64,000 nucleotides of DNA, from positions 64,001 through 128,000 of IMG/VR virus record IMGVR_UViG_3300033064_003894; one strand, 5' to 3'. The translations under genes were made by a program, and so were the position numbers. This DNA comes from a virus. Positions 17,631 through 27,691 of this stretch are shown here, one piece after another (the first letter of the stretch is position 1; every line of letters begins with the position of its first letter). Below the pieces are notes generated by a model. That model did not search any database and was not told the origin of the DNA. It saw nothing but the letters and a program-made list of their open reading frames with translations.

Positions 17631-19487
17631 ATGGAAACTAACCTAGGAAACAACGTAGGTCTATGGCCTCAAAAGATCTTTGAGTACGTTAGCGCAGAAT
17701 ACAACTATATAATTCCATATATACAGAATATATCATTCAAGAGAATTGACATTGTAAATGGAGCGGCAATTGGTGGCATCACGATTGGTAATAAATCTTC
17801 TGGAATGATGGCAATTGTGCCATTAATAGTCTCAGAATTCAACCTTGCCCCAATGGACGTAATGATTATGGAAGAAGACTTGTATATTCCAATGACAGAG
17901 GCAAGAGTTTTGGAATATCTTGGACAAAACTTTGGGTCTCACATACCTAAAACAAATAATAACTATAGCACAGGAGGACGTATGCCAGTGACCCCTTTGC
18001 CTCCTGGGCACAGAAATGGCGACGTAAATAAGTATTCTAGTATATTTAGGCACGCATCTGAAAAGGCTGGCTTTGGACCAGGAGTACTTAAAATTATAAT
18101 GGACAGTATGCCTCACCTTATAAAAAAAGACGAGTCTGTTGCAAAGAGAGTTATGTCAGTGATCTCAGACATCCCGTACAGAGCTGTATGGATAAAGAGA
18201 GACTCTGACAAGAATACATGGACTGCTATATGTTCTGATGACGCAGGAAGAATAAATTTAATCGATGGCAAGGATGCGATAATACGAACTCTTTCTAAGT
18301 TTGATCCAGAGGTTGCCGAAGAGATGAAGGTGTCTGACAACATATATTTTAGTAAATATGGGAATAAGCCTATTGTCTTTGAGTCCATATCAGAGCTACC
18401 TGAAGTTCTTAGTAACACAGGAAGGGTTGCCGTGTTTGGGAAAAACAAAGATCTTATTGTAGGTCAATTTTATCATAGAGTTTCAGATATGGCAGGGAGG
18501 AGTCTAGGCCTGAGCATTTGGTTTAATGACAGCAACTGGTCAGTATCAGAGGAGATGACTGGTTACATGATACGAGAGGGACATGCTGATCGTACTCCTA
18601 CGGTTAAAAATAGAAGAAGTTACTGCTTTAGTTTTATTCATAGTGACAATGACTATATGTGCACAATGCCTTTCAAGGTTGTGTCTGAACCTAAAATAGA
18701 GGGTGGAGACTCTAAAGAAATGATAGTAGATATTGTCGACTCTAATGGGAAAGATGCAGTTCTATATTATAGCTCAGATGTATTCAAGCCTCACTGTAAT
18801 AAAGCAGGAGATAAAATAAGATACTATATTCCAAGAGATTGGAAGATGCATGATGTAGGAGAGTGCAAAATATCTCTATCGTATGTAGGAGGAAAATCAT
18901 TAGCAGATTTGGCGTCAACTGCAGCAAACACTATATCTCTGTCATTATTGGATGGCGTGTATTACATATCAGGAGAGCATTCAAAAAATTTGGCAACATC
19001 ATTCGACGGAGATTATGATCCCAGGCTAGGGAAGTCTGCAGACACATTAAATAAGGCCATATGGAACCTGGTAATGTTTGGCATGTCAGAAGGAGATGCA
19101 AGAATGTGTATTTCTTCATTGCACGAACACGGAGGCAGGATAACTATAGGGAATATAGCACCATTTGTAGCGTACGAGCCAAAGATTAGGGGAATACCTA
19201 CGGAGCTTATAAGTCTAGCAAGTTCTGTATCTAGCGAATCAGTTGACTCTATCCTTGGTCTTGGCATGTCTGACATATTGTCAAGGGATGAGCTAAGCCA
19301 GCATTCGCTCGAAATAAGAAAGCTTGAGAGCGTTTTGGCGAAACTGCTATTCAATGTTAGGATAGGTGCGTTAAACATTGAAGAGGATATGATAGTCAAG
19401 GCAATGAAATATCTTTCTGTTGTCGTAGACGAGATAGAAGCGTCAAACTCTTCAATAGTAAGAGAAAAGAAGAAAGAGGGACTATAA
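17631..19487 (+). CDS. hypothetical protein, probably virion-associated
   Basis: 618-aa ORF co-oriented with spike and terminase. Confidence 0.55.
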   Translation: METNLGNNVGLWPQKIFEYVSAEYNYIIPYIQNISFKRIDIVNGAAIGGITIGNKSSGMMAIVPLIVSEFNLAPMDVMIMEEDLYIPMTEARVLEYLGQNFGSHIPKTNNNYSTGGRMPVTPLPPGHRNGDVNKYSSIFRHASEKAGFGPGVLKIIMDSMPHLIKKDESVAKRVMSVISDIPYRAVWIKRDSDKNTWTAICSDDAGRINLIDGKDAIIRTLSKFDPEVAEEMKVSDNIYFSKYGNKPIVFESISELPEVLSNTGRVAVFGKNKDLIVGQFYHRVSDMAGRSLGLSIWFNDSNWSVSEEMTGYMIREGHADRTPTVKNRRSYCFSFIHSDNDYMCTMPFKVVSEPKIEGGDSKEMIVDIVDSNGKDAVLYYSSDVFKPHCNKAGDKIRYYIPRDWKMHDVGECKISLSYVGGKSLADLASTAANTISLSLLDGVYYISGEHSKNLATSFDGDYDPRLGKSADTLNKAIWNLVMFGMSEGDARMCISSLHEHGGRITIGNIAPFVAYEPKIRGIPTELISLASSVSSESVDSILGLGMSDILSRDELSQHSLEIRKLESVLAKLLFNVRIGALNIEEDMIVKAMKYLSVVVDEIEASNSSIVREKKKEGL

Positions 19488-19876
19488 TGAAGTGCACATA
19501 TATATATGATGATGACTCTAAATGCGATGGCGACCAATTTGGTGGGTATGAATTCTGTATAGAACACTATAAATCCGCCATAGCAAAGACTAAGGCGATG
19601 GATGATACGAGGGATCGCGAGGCCTTATACGATGAGGCATTAAAGTCAATACCGCCCGTAGTTACTTCGCTAGAGCAGATAAGAGATGTTCTCGGTATTG
19701 CGATTCCTCACCTTATATTTGGAAACATGTCTCCGAAGATTGTTGATGCACTAACCAGAGCCTGCCTTGCTCAGGCTAGAATACTTGAAATAACAGAGAT
19801 TGATCAAAAGCTAAAACAGCTGGAGAAGCTGGCATCAAACGACATGCGTTATACAACGGCGTTAAGCGATGAATAG
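19487..19876 (+). CDS. hypothetical protein with N-terminal C-C-C-H zinc motif; terminase small subunit candidate
   Basis: KC..KC..FCIEH then helical C-terminus; upstream of the terminase large subunit. Confidence 0.4.
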   Translation: MKCTYIYDDDSKCDGDQFGGYEFCIEHYKSAIAKTKAMDDTRDREALYDEALKSIPPVVTSLEQIRDVLGIAIPHLIFGNMSPKIVDALTRACLAQARILEITEIDQKLKQLEKLASNDMRYTTALSDE

Positions 19877-20104
19877 ATGTCCAATATCGACGCGAGACTT
19901 AAAAAACTAGAGAATGCCCTTATTGACAGAGCAAGAGTTTTAAGGGCAACGGAAGACACCATAAGAAATCCGCTTGAGAATATAGATGAGGTCTTTGAAC
20001 TGTGCGTAAAAGGTTCAATAAAGGTAGTTCTTGAATCAAATGTTTACATATTTAAAACATCAGATACAATAGATAACGAAAATGAGATACCAGTCAATAG
20101 GTGA
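19877..20104 (+). CDS. hypothetical protein
   Basis: 75-aa ORF abutting neighbours. Confidence 0.55.
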   Translation: MSNIDARLKKLENALIDRARVLRATEDTIRNPLENIDEVFELCVKGSIKVVLESNVYIFKTSDTIDNENEIPVNR

Positions 20105-20414
20105 TATGCTACTACTTAAGGGTCTAGAAAAGGTTGCATTTGTTGCAACGCTAGCGAAAGGCGTACAGGCTATTGGATCTAAAGTGGTAGGTGCTGTCCC
20201 CAAGAAAGCTAGAAGCTTTTTGAAAGCTTCCACTCCATCAATGGTAGGCGGGGCAGCAGTTGGAGGAGCAGTTGGAGCGGTTACAGGCGGGCTTAGTGAC
20301 GACAGTACAGCTCTGAAAGGGCTAGGGAAAGGACTGCTTGGAGGAGCTGCATCTGGTGCAGGAGTTTACGCTGGTGGTAAGGGATGGGCGTCTTTAGCAA
20401 AAAAAACAAAATAG
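20082..20414 (+). CDS. glycine-zipper protein, possible internal virion protein
   Basis: GGAAVGGAVGAVTGG and GLLGGAASGAG; EKVA K-x-A motif near the N-terminus. Confidence 0.55.
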   Translation: MRYQSIGDMLLLKGLEKVAFVATLAKGVQAIGSKVVGAVPKKARSFLKASTPSMVGGAAVGGAVGAVTGGLSDDSTALKGLGKGLLGGAASGAGVYAGGKGWASLAKKTK

Positions 20415-20443
20415 GACAACACTTAGCGTTGCCCTACTAGAGG

Positions 20444-20722
20444 CTAAGACATTGCAGCTTTAGCTTCTTTCCTTTCTGCTCTAGCCAACGCCCTTTCTCT
20501 CTCGTTAAGATCGGTGCGCTTTTGGCTCAAGGCAAGAGCCGCTTCCTCTTTCTTGCACACATCTTCAGCGAAGTCAATAGCTTCTTGTCTTTCGATTAAG
20601 GTGCGTTTTTTTAGACGCTGGTTGTTTGCCGAGAAGCCTGCGGAAATTGCAAAGCCGGCAATGAAGCCCCTTAGAAGACCGCCAACTACAACTCTTCCTA
20701 GCGTGATGATGATTGGACCCAT
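20444..20722 (-). CDS. small membrane-anchored coiled-coil protein
   Basis: AGGAG Shine-Dalgarno, hydrophobic N-terminus, charged helix; GGTATAAAAT upstream. Confidence 0.6.
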   Translation of the reverse strand: MGPIIITLGRVVVGGLLRGFIAGFAISAGFSANNQRLKKRTLIERQEAIDFAEDVCKKEEAALALSQKRTDLNERERALARAERKEAKAAMS

Positions 20723-20800
20723 TTTTCTCCTTTGTTAGGGTTCAGTATTTTATACCATTAAGGGTTGCATTTTTAAGGTACAAAGGCTAAAATCTAAGCA

Positions 20801-21730
20801 ATGAAAATAGGATGCTTTGTGTCCACAAATGAAGACCTACTTACTCAAACTCTAGTTAGTGGTCTTAAAAGTCTTGGGCACGATGTAGTGTCAGACAGGG
20901 GTAATAATTACACAAGAAAGGTAGATTATGAAAAGGAAGACGGGTTTGACCTATTTATAGAGTTTTCTAATGCATGCGTTGACACGATGTTAGCCTTTAA
21001 CGTGTCTTCTGCGCACAATGGGCAACTTGTATATGTCAATGGGTGCGACTTTGAAGATGAACATTTCTTAGAAATATATCAAGATAGCTTTAGGTATCCT
21101 TCAGACTACAAGGTCTATTTTAGAAGAGAGTACAGATCTAAACTTGCAAACGGTAATGAGTATCCTCTTCAGTTTGGCATAGAGGACCGGTATCTTAAAT
21201 ATAACAACAAAGATAAGAGCATCTTTGCAACGTTTCCATCTAATGGAGAATATGCCAACAGGCTTAGTTTAAAAAGCTATATAGAGGAAAATTTCTCAGA
21301 TGTAATCACTGGACGTATAGGAAATTGGGTTCACCAGTCACCAAAAGATGACCGTGACCTATATTATGAGCATATAAGCAAAGCTAAAGCCATAGTTGTT
21401 GCGCATGGTTGGGGAGAGGATACGGCAAGATTTTATGAGTCAGTGGCAACTGGAGCTATAGTTATTGCTCAAAGATTTACTATAGACGTATACAGGCCGT
21501 TTACTCACGGAGAAAACATATTGTTTTGGGACCATCCGTCTGAAGTAGTTAAATACCTAAAAGAAGTCCGTGATGGGAAATGGGATCATATAGGCCCAGC
21601 ATGTAAGGAGTTCGCGCTAAAAAATCACACAGTCAAAGAGAGGGCTAAGTACTTTTTTGATATATTGAAGAAAATAGAGTTTTATTCATTGGCAGAGAGT
21701 GGTGCAGGCGCTATACTTCAGAAGTCGTAA
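20801..21730 (+). CDS. glycosyltransferase (GT-B fold)
   Basis: YYEHISKAKAIV, EDTARFYESVATGA, FTHGEN, NHTVKERA. Confidence 0.75.
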   Translation: MKIGCFVSTNEDLLTQTLVSGLKSLGHDVVSDRGNNYTRKVDYEKEDGFDLFIEFSNACVDTMLAFNVSSAHNGQLVYVNGCDFEDEHFLEIYQDSFRYPSDYKVYFRREYRSKLANGNEYPLQFGIEDRYLKYNNKDKSIFATFPSNGEYANRLSLKSYIEENFSDVITGRIGNWVHQSPKDDRDLYYEHISKAKAIVVAHGWGEDTARFYESVATGAIVIAQRFTIDVYRPFTHGENILFWDHPSEVVKYLKEVRDGKWDHIGPACKEFALKNHTVKERAKYFFDILKKIEFYSLAESGAGAILQKS

Positions 21731-22541
21731 AAAAAACATGAAAAATGACCTAGGAATTGTTGTACCAGTAAGAGGACAAGAGGCTTACACAAGAAAGTTT
21801 TTAGCTAACTTGGACAGTGAGCTCTCAGACTTTATGTATGATAAGAAAGTCAACGTTGTGCTTATGGACTCTGGCGGACACGAAGAATTTTCTGTTGGGA
21901 AGGATCATAGGCTATTGGAAGGGATAAGGGATATAGAAGGTATTACGTTTACATATCACAAGGTTGAGAACCCTGACGAGTCGTCTTACTATAAAATATG
22001 GAACGACGGGACAAAGTTGTCGGACGCAAAAAACGTTATAATGTCAAACAATGATATACTCGTTGTCCCAAGAACTATATATGACTTAAACTATGGTCTA
22101 GACAATGGGTACGAGTTGGTGTCTCCCGCTCAGGTGGCTACGGAGAGAGAAATAGAGGACACCAAGATAAACCATTTCACTGAGGTATTAGTCGTAGACG
22201 GTAGGGTTAGCTTTGTGGGATGGCTATTTGGGTACACAAGAGAATACTTCGATTCAGTCGGAGGGTTCAACGAGAAATATAAGTTATGGTTTGCCGATTC
22301 TGAATTCTTTATTCGGTCACATGGCAGGAAAGTTTGCGTTATAAGCAGCGCTGGAGTTTTCCACTTTTTCAGTAAAACGGTCTCCACGCTTGGACGGGAT
22401 AAGCTGTGGAGTGTAGTCAAAGAGGATTTCGAAACTCAAAAGCTTGTATCAAAAGAGCTTGGCGTAGAAATAGATGGAAGGACTGATGAAGAGTATGCAT
22501 CTATGTTTGAGAGATATTGGAGTCAAGTAGGGGCGTCTTAA
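21699..22541 (+). CDS. glycosyltransferase family 2; likely start ATG 21738
   Basis: GIVVPV, WNDG, MSNNDI, VGGFNEKYKLWFADSE. Confidence 0.85.
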   Translation: MVQALYFRSRKKNMKNDLGIVVPVRGQEAYTRKFLANLDSELSDFMYDKKVNVVLMDSGGHEEFSVGKDHRLLEGIRDIEGITFTYHKVENPDESSYYKIWNDGTKLSDAKNVIMSNNDILVVPRTIYDLNYGLDNGYELVSPAQVATEREIEDTKINHFTEVLVVDGRVSFVGWLFGYTREYFDSVGGFNEKYKLWFADSEFFIRSHGRKVCVISSAGVFHFFSKTVSTLGRDKLWSVVKEDFETQKLVSKELGVEIDGRTDEEYASMFERYWSQVGAS

Positions 22542-22545
22542 CTTA

Positions 22546-25335
22546 ATGCAGGAGATAAAGATACCAACTAGTAAGCTTATAGAAAAGGCTTTCTATGTTG
22601 ACATGGACCTTCCGTTCTCATTTAAGGAGCGTGAGTATCTTCTTCCTATATACGACAATAATGATAAAATCATTGTTCTATATTTTGCAAGACAGTCGGA
22701 AAAAAGCGTTTTAGAGTTTTCTCGTGTAATAAACCAATATGGCGAAAGAGTCCAAATAAAAGATTTGAATGTTGGAGATAAAGTCGCAACATTAAATACC
22801 GATGGCGTGACCATTGGCACAAGCCGTGTCATTTGGAAATCAAGAAGATACAAAAAAGACTGCTTAAGACTAAATACAAAACTAAATTATTCAATAGAGG
22901 TTGCAGGAACTCATCCAATTAGGCAGTGGAATCGTTGGACGGAAGCGAAAGCTTTAGCAGTTGGAGATAGAATTGCAACAGCACGTTTTATTGAGACGAA
23001 TCATGAAGAAAATAATATACCAGATGATGTAATTAAATTTATAGGATATATGATTGCTGATGGTAGTATTATAAAAGCGATAAGCTTTACGCAACGTATA
23101 GATTCTCTAGTATTGAAAGACTTTAGGGATATTTGCTCTAATATGGGATTTGTATATAGAGAACGTTACAGAAATAGTGATGTATTAATGCTTCACTTTG
23201 TGACTAAATCTCCGGCAGCAGAGTTATTGAGAAAATATGGTATTTACGGAAAATCTTCTTTTAATCATGCACTCCCCGCCTGTTTAATGAGGTTAGATCT
23301 TAGACAAACGAAAATACTTATTGAATCATTGTGGTCGTGTGATGGATATGTTAAGAAGTGCGAAGGTGAAGAGACTGACTACAAAATTTCTTACTGTTCT
23401 GTATCTAAAGGGCTATTAGAACAAATGCAGGCATTGCTCTGGAAATTTAAGATAGCTTCAAGAATAAGAAAATTTAAGCCGACCTTATATAAAGGAACGG
23501 GAAAGTATGCATATAGTTTATATGTAAGAACTAGAGAGAGTCAAAATATTTTCCATGAAACATTTAAAATTATTGGTAAAGAGTCATGCTTTGTTTGTGC
23601 CCAATCAAGAGACAACAGAGATACATTTCCTATTGAAATCAATGAGGATATATATGAATTAGAAAGGACTAGGGTGAAACCGAGAAGTCATAAGCCTCTA
23701 TATAAAAACGGTCTAAGGAAGACCTTAGAATATCCCTTAAGCAAAGTTAAATTCCGCAAATACTTAAAGCATTTCAGGACAGCTGGAGGTTATGATCAAG
23801 CATTGGTGGATAAATTAGATATACACTCAGACACGGACCTTTTTTGGGATAAGATTGAAAGCGTAGAAGATATAGGAGAACAGTGGTGTTACGACATTGA
23901 AGTAGAGGGAACGAATAATTTCTTGGTTGATGGGGTTGTCACTCATAATAGTACAACATTGGCAAATAAAATACTTTTAAATAGTATTACGAACAGGAGA
24001 TTTAGATCTCTTTACGTCACCTCAGCGGATGCTCAGGCTAAAGAATTTTCAGTAGATAAGCTGCAACCTAAATTAAAGTATTCTCCGACAATAAATAGGC
24101 ACTTTTGGGGCTCTCAGCCAGAAGCAGACAACGTGTTTTCTAAAGAGCTTAAGAATGGAAGCAGAATATTGATAAGGAGTATGTTTAAGAGTGCAGATAG
24201 GATAAGGGGAATTTCAGCAGACCTCCTGGCGGTCGACGAATTGCAGGACATAAATCCTGATTTCCTCGCAGTAGCGGAAGAGTGTCTTTCTCACTCAAAT
24301 TATAAGCTAAGAATGTATGCTGGGACGCCTGACACCGCTTTGGATGCATTAGATCAGGTCTGGTCATTTTCTGATAAAACAGAGTTCGTATTTAAATGTC
24401 CTAAAGGCCATTGGAACAGACAAGACCATGCAATGGTGGCAAGAATTACCAAGGCTGGAATTTTATGCAAAACATGTGGAGAGGTATTAGATAGGCGTAC
24501 CGGTGAATGGGTGGTTATGAATAAACAAGGAAGATATAAAGGATACAGAACTAGTCAAATGATGGTGCCGTGGATAACGGTTGATGAGCTTATAGATAAA
24601 AGAGAGCGTTACTCATCTAAGAGGTTTTTTAACGAAGTTGCAGCTCTTCCTTATGATGCGATAGGTGCTCCTATAAATGAAGGGCACTTAAGAAAATGTT
24701 GCGATGAAGGGTTTAAGATGATCAAAGACGGGGTCTATCCAAAAATAGATAGAAATGTTCATGTATTTATGGGCTCCGATTGGGGCTCTGGGTCCGCCTC
24801 ATACACAGTAATAAGTTTTTGGGCTCATATAGGTGGGAAGTGGACGCTGTTAAGGGCAAAGAAATATACAGGCGTCGAGTCTGATCCGGCTTTACAAATG
24901 AATTTAATACTATCTGAAATGGACAGAATTAATCCTATAAGAGTAGGGTCTGACTGGGGGTTTGGATTCCTTAACAACGCTCAACTAAAACTTCATTATA
25001 AAAAGGGTGAGGTGTGTGAAATATTTAGCAGTTCTGGAGCTAGCCCGATAACTAGAGACAGCTTATCTGGAAGGTTTGTGATCAACAGGTCATATATGAT
25101 GAGCAGAGTATTTAATATGATATTAGAGGAGAGGGTAAGGTTCCCGTGCTGGGAAGACTTTGCTCAGTTTGCTCCAGACATTCTTTCTATTAGAGCTGAC
25201 GACCCGGATGAAAAGCCAGGACAGAGACAGATAAAATATGTACGTGTTGCGCCAGATGATTTTTTTCATTCAATGATGTACGCATTAATTATGGGTGAAA
25301 TTCATACAGGAAAGCTCTTGATAGATGCCATTTGA
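22546..25335 (+). CDS. terL: terminase large subunit (GpA-like) with intein
   Basis: Walker A RQSEK|STT split by the intein; DRIRGISAD, Walker B LAVDE, GTP, Zn motif CPKGH..CKTC, nuclease GSDWG, PDDFFHS. Confidence 0.9.
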   Translation: MQEIKIPTSKLIEKAFYVDMDLPFSFKEREYLLPIYDNNDKIIVLYFARQSEKSVLEFSRVINQYGERVQIKDLNVGDKVATLNTDGVTIGTSRVIWKSRRYKKDCLRLNTKLNYSIEVAGTHPIRQWNRWTEAKALAVGDRIATARFIETNHEENNIPDDVIKFIGYMIADGSIIKAISFTQRIDSLVLKDFRDICSNMGFVYRERYRNSDVLMLHFVTKSPAAELLRKYGIYGKSSFNHALPACLMRLDLRQTKILIESLWSCDGYVKKCEGEETDYKISYCSVSKGLLEQMQALLWKFKIASRIRKFKPTLYKGTGKYAYSLYVRTRESQNIFHETFKIIGKESCFVCAQSRDNRDTFPIEINEDIYELERTRVKPRSHKPLYKNGLRKTLEYPLSKVKFRKYLKHFRTAGGYDQALVDKLDIHSDTDLFWDKIESVEDIGEQWCYDIEVEGTNNFLVDGVVTHNSTTLANKILLNSITNRRFRSLYVTSADAQAKEFSVDKLQPKLKYSPTINRHFWGSQPEADNVFSKELKNGSRILIRSMFKSADRIRGISADLLAVDELQDINPDFLAVAEECLSHSNYKLRMYAGTPDTALDALDQVWSFSDKTEFVFKCPKGHWNRQDHAMVARITKAGILCKTCGEVLDRRTGEWVVMNKQGRYKGYRTSQMMVPWITVDELIDKRERYSSKRFFNEVAALPYDAIGAPINEGHLRKCCDEGFKMIKDGVYPKIDRNVHVFMGSDWGSGSASYTVISFWAHIGGKWTLLRAKKYTGVESDPALQMNLILSEMDRINPIRVGSDWGFGFLNNAQLKLHYKKGEVCEIFSSSGASPITRDSLSGRFVINRSYMMSRVFNMILEERVRFPCWEDFAQFAPDILSIRADDPDEKPGQRQIKYVRVAPDDFFHSMMYALIMGEIHTGKLLIDAI
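22705..23949 (+). mobile_element. intein (415 aa) with LAGLIDADG homing endonuclease in terminase Walker A
   Basis: Starts SVLEFSRV, ends CYDIEVEGTNNFLVDGVVTHN/S; FIGYMIADGS and LIESLWSCDGY motifs. Confidence 0.92.
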
Positions 25336-26111
25336 AAACTCATCGGTGATATGCCGCCAGCCTTTCCTCCGCTTCTCATCCATATTGGTAGCGCTAATTC
25401 CTTTTTATATATAGAGTTCAAAAACTTCTTTGCAATCACCTGATACTTTTTATTATTTATAGAGTCGATAAGGTCCAGAATCGTTCCGTCAGAAAGCATG
25501 CTAGACATTGTTTTATCTATATTTACGCAGGATTTAGCCCTAAAGCTGTTATTTTCTATTATTACAGAAGATACGGCAAGCATCGAAACGTCATTCTCAA
25601 CAGATGGAGTAATATGTCTATTTATTACAAAAGAGTATCTAGTTCCAAGCCCAAAGTTTGCGCCATTAAAGTCTATGATTTTAAATTCAGACTTAGACTT
25701 CATTATGTTCCATGGAGACAGATCGTTGTGATATATACCAAATCTATGCATTTGCTCTATGGGCTCTATGCAGAAATTAAACACATCAGAGGCCTTTTCA
25801 TTTTCTATCTCTCTATATCTGTCCATTATTATTAGAGAGTGGGCACAAGGGAAAGAGGTTTTTATTAGATTTTTGTATATGTGTGGGAAACCTACTATGC
25901 CAGAGAGTCTTTTCAATATGTAGTGCTCATGCATTGATTCATAAAACTCAGCTAAATGCTGGTCATCCTTTAAGTTGAAAAATAGAAGCTTAGCGCAGTG
26001 TTTTTTTGTTTTATTTATACTGTAAACTGCTTTTTCGAACCCATAAGAACCCATAATGTCTTCAAAAAAAAGGTTTTTATGGTCCAAAATCTTATAACTA
26101 TTTTCAATCAT
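25302..26111 (-). CDS. Hanks-type Ser/Thr protein kinase
   Basis: CAKL (VAIK-like), GIYHNDLSPWNIM catalytic loop, IIDFNG. Confidence 0.8.
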   Translation of the reverse strand: MIENSYKILDHKNLFFEDIMGSYGFEKAVYSINKTKKHCAKLLFFNLKDDQHLAEFYESMHEHYILKRLSGIVGFPHIYKNLIKTSFPCAHSLIIMDRYREIENEKASDVFNFCIEPIEQMHRFGIYHNDLSPWNIMKSKSEFKIIDFNGANFGLGTRYSFVINRHITPSVENDVSMLAVSSVIIENNSFRAKSCVNIDKTMSSMLSDGTILDLIDSINNKKYQVIAKKFLNSIYKKELALPIWMRSGGKAGGISPMSFQMASIKSFPV

Positions 26112-26533
26112 TCTACAGTCAAGTTAGAGATATTTTCGCCTGCAATTTTTAGTATGTTTTCTGGGCACTCTGTCTTTCTGAGACCATAAAGACATTTTAT
26201 CATTTTTGCTTTTTCTTGACTAGATATTCTCCCACCTCTTACACTGACAGAAGGAAGCCCTAAAAGTTTTCTCCTATGATTAACTGTTGACTGAATAACA
26301 GATTTATGTGCACTTGAATTGTTACCCACCGACCAAAACAATATTATCTCGTCATCAGACACCTTGAGAGATCCAGTGCCATTCATTTGTTGATGAAGGC
26401 GTACTCTTTTTTGTGTAATATAAGCTGGCTTAATATAAGTACCTTTCTGTATAGCATAAGTCACTGCGAATGACCTTGTTGACTTATATCTATTTTGTAT
26501 TTTCTTTAGAAGCCCTAGTATGGTTCTTGCCAT
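26108..26533 (-). CDS. hypothetical basic protein
   Basis: 141-aa ORF in a minus-strand gene string. Confidence 0.5.
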   Translation of the reverse strand: MARTILGLLKKIQNRYKSTRSFAVTYAIQKGTYIKPAYITQKRVRLHQQMNGTGSLKVSDDEIILFWSVGNNSSAHKSVIQSTVNHRRKLLGLPSVSVRGGRISSQEKAKMIKCLYGLRKTECPENILKIAGENISNLTVE

Positions 26534-27056
26534 TAGTTTCCACCCGTTTATTTTTTACTTTGTGAGGTTGCGTTCTTGTGTTCCAAAACACAGAACCGTC
26601 ATTTTTCCCATATCCAGTGTCAGGCTCAGTCTCTTTAGTTTTTACAACTCTAAGACACTGGCTTATTAGTTTTCCATATTGTTTATTTTTAGATGTCTGC
26701 GGAAGATCCCACATTACTGAGGACATAAAAGACCGAACAGCCTCTACTAGTCCATCAACGGGATCCATTCTTTGAATCTTATACCTTAAATTCCTGAAGT
26801 GTTTACACGACTTACATATGTTTCCTCTTCCAGATCTATTTTTTGTCTGAATGCTCATCATGAACGGTGGGAAAAATTCTAAACAATCCGAACACTGTAT
26901 CAACATAAGCTCTGATGCTATATCTATAGGTCCTCCACCCTTCCCTATTTCTAAGATTACATCTTTTGCTACCTGAGTATCTTTTCCGCTCTTTGCATAG
27001 TAAATAATAGCAGTTATTATATTAGATAACTGTTCTTGAGTAAGTACATTTTTCAT
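26490..27056 (-). CDS. hypothetical protein with two CxxC motifs
   Basis: CSDC...CKSC. Confidence 0.55.
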   Translation of the reverse strand: MKNVLTQEQLSNIITAIIYYAKSGKDTQVAKDVILEIGKGGGPIDIASELMLIQCSDCLEFFPPFMMSIQTKNRSGRGNICKSCKHFRNLRYKIQRMDPVDGLVEAVRSFMSSVMWDLPQTSKNKQYGKLISQCLRVVKTKETEPDTGYGKNDGSVFWNTRTQPHKVKNKRVETNGKNHTRASKENTK

Positions 27057-27505
27057 TATACTCCAGTAGACCCAAGACCTCCGGCTCCCCTATCTGTGAC
27101 ATCTTCAAAGTATTCATTTCTTGTTACGTATTCAATATCGGCAATAGTAACCTTCTGTATCGTTAGCTGAGCGACACGTTCACCTTGAGATAGGTTAATA
27201 TCCATATTACCAACGTTAGCGAGAATAAGTTTAATCTCACCACGGTAGTCGCTGTCAATTTTCCCAGGAGAATTGGCAATAATAAGCCCTCTAGCAGATT
27301 GACCGCTCTTCATGCTAAGAAGTCCCTCATATCCTTTTGGAATGATAATTCTAATTCCAGTCTCTATAATCTGAACTCTTCTAGGAAGAAGAGTTACAGC
27401 ATTTCTAGACGCAATGTCTATTCCAGAAGATCCGTCAGTGTGGTATTTGGGGTCAGGAAGAAATTGTTCTTCCTTTAGAATCTTAATTGTAACGTTTGCA
27501 GTCAT
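27056..27505 (-). CDS. dut: dUTPase (trimeric)
   Basis: SSGID, KSG, PGKIDSDYRGEI, RVAQL, RGAGGLGSTG. Confidence 0.95.
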   Translation of the reverse strand: MTANVTIKILKEEQFLPDPKYHTDGSSGIDIASRNAVTLLPRRVQIIETGIRIIIPKGYEGLLSMKSGQSARGLIIANSPGKIDSDYRGEIKLILANVGNMDINLSQGERVAQLTIQKVTIADIEYVTRNEYFEDVTDRGAGGLGSTGV

Positions 27506-27519
27506 TTTTTTAAGTTAAG

Positions 27520-27594
27520 TGGAGCCCCCTCCCAGAATCGAACTGAGCTATCTAGTTTACAAAACTAGGGCATCGCCAACAATGCTTAAGGGGC
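27520..27594 (-). tRNA. tRNA-Thr(TGT)
   Basis: Cloverleaf; anticodon arm CTAGT-TT TGT AA-ACTAG; encoded CCA. Confidence 0.9.
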
Positions 27595-27595
27595 G

Positions 27596-27685
27596 TGGCG
27601 GAGGAGGAGGGAGTCGAACCCCCATTACGCTATGACACGTTTAGCCGATTTCAAGTCGGTGTGCTACGCCAGTTGCCGCTCCTCC
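27596..27685 (-). tRNA. tRNA-Ser(TGA)
   Basis: Loop CT TGA AA, long variable arm, G73, CCA; D-arm atypical. Confidence 0.82.
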
Positions 27686-27691
27686 GAACCG

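Noticed and set aside
17631-19487. Portal protein
   Set aside because: Size fits but no portal motif recognised; no portal identified in this window
27596-27685. Selenocysteine or opal-suppressor tRNA
   Set aside because: On the coding strand the anticodon reads TGA (Ser), not TCA; the acceptor stem is 7 bp
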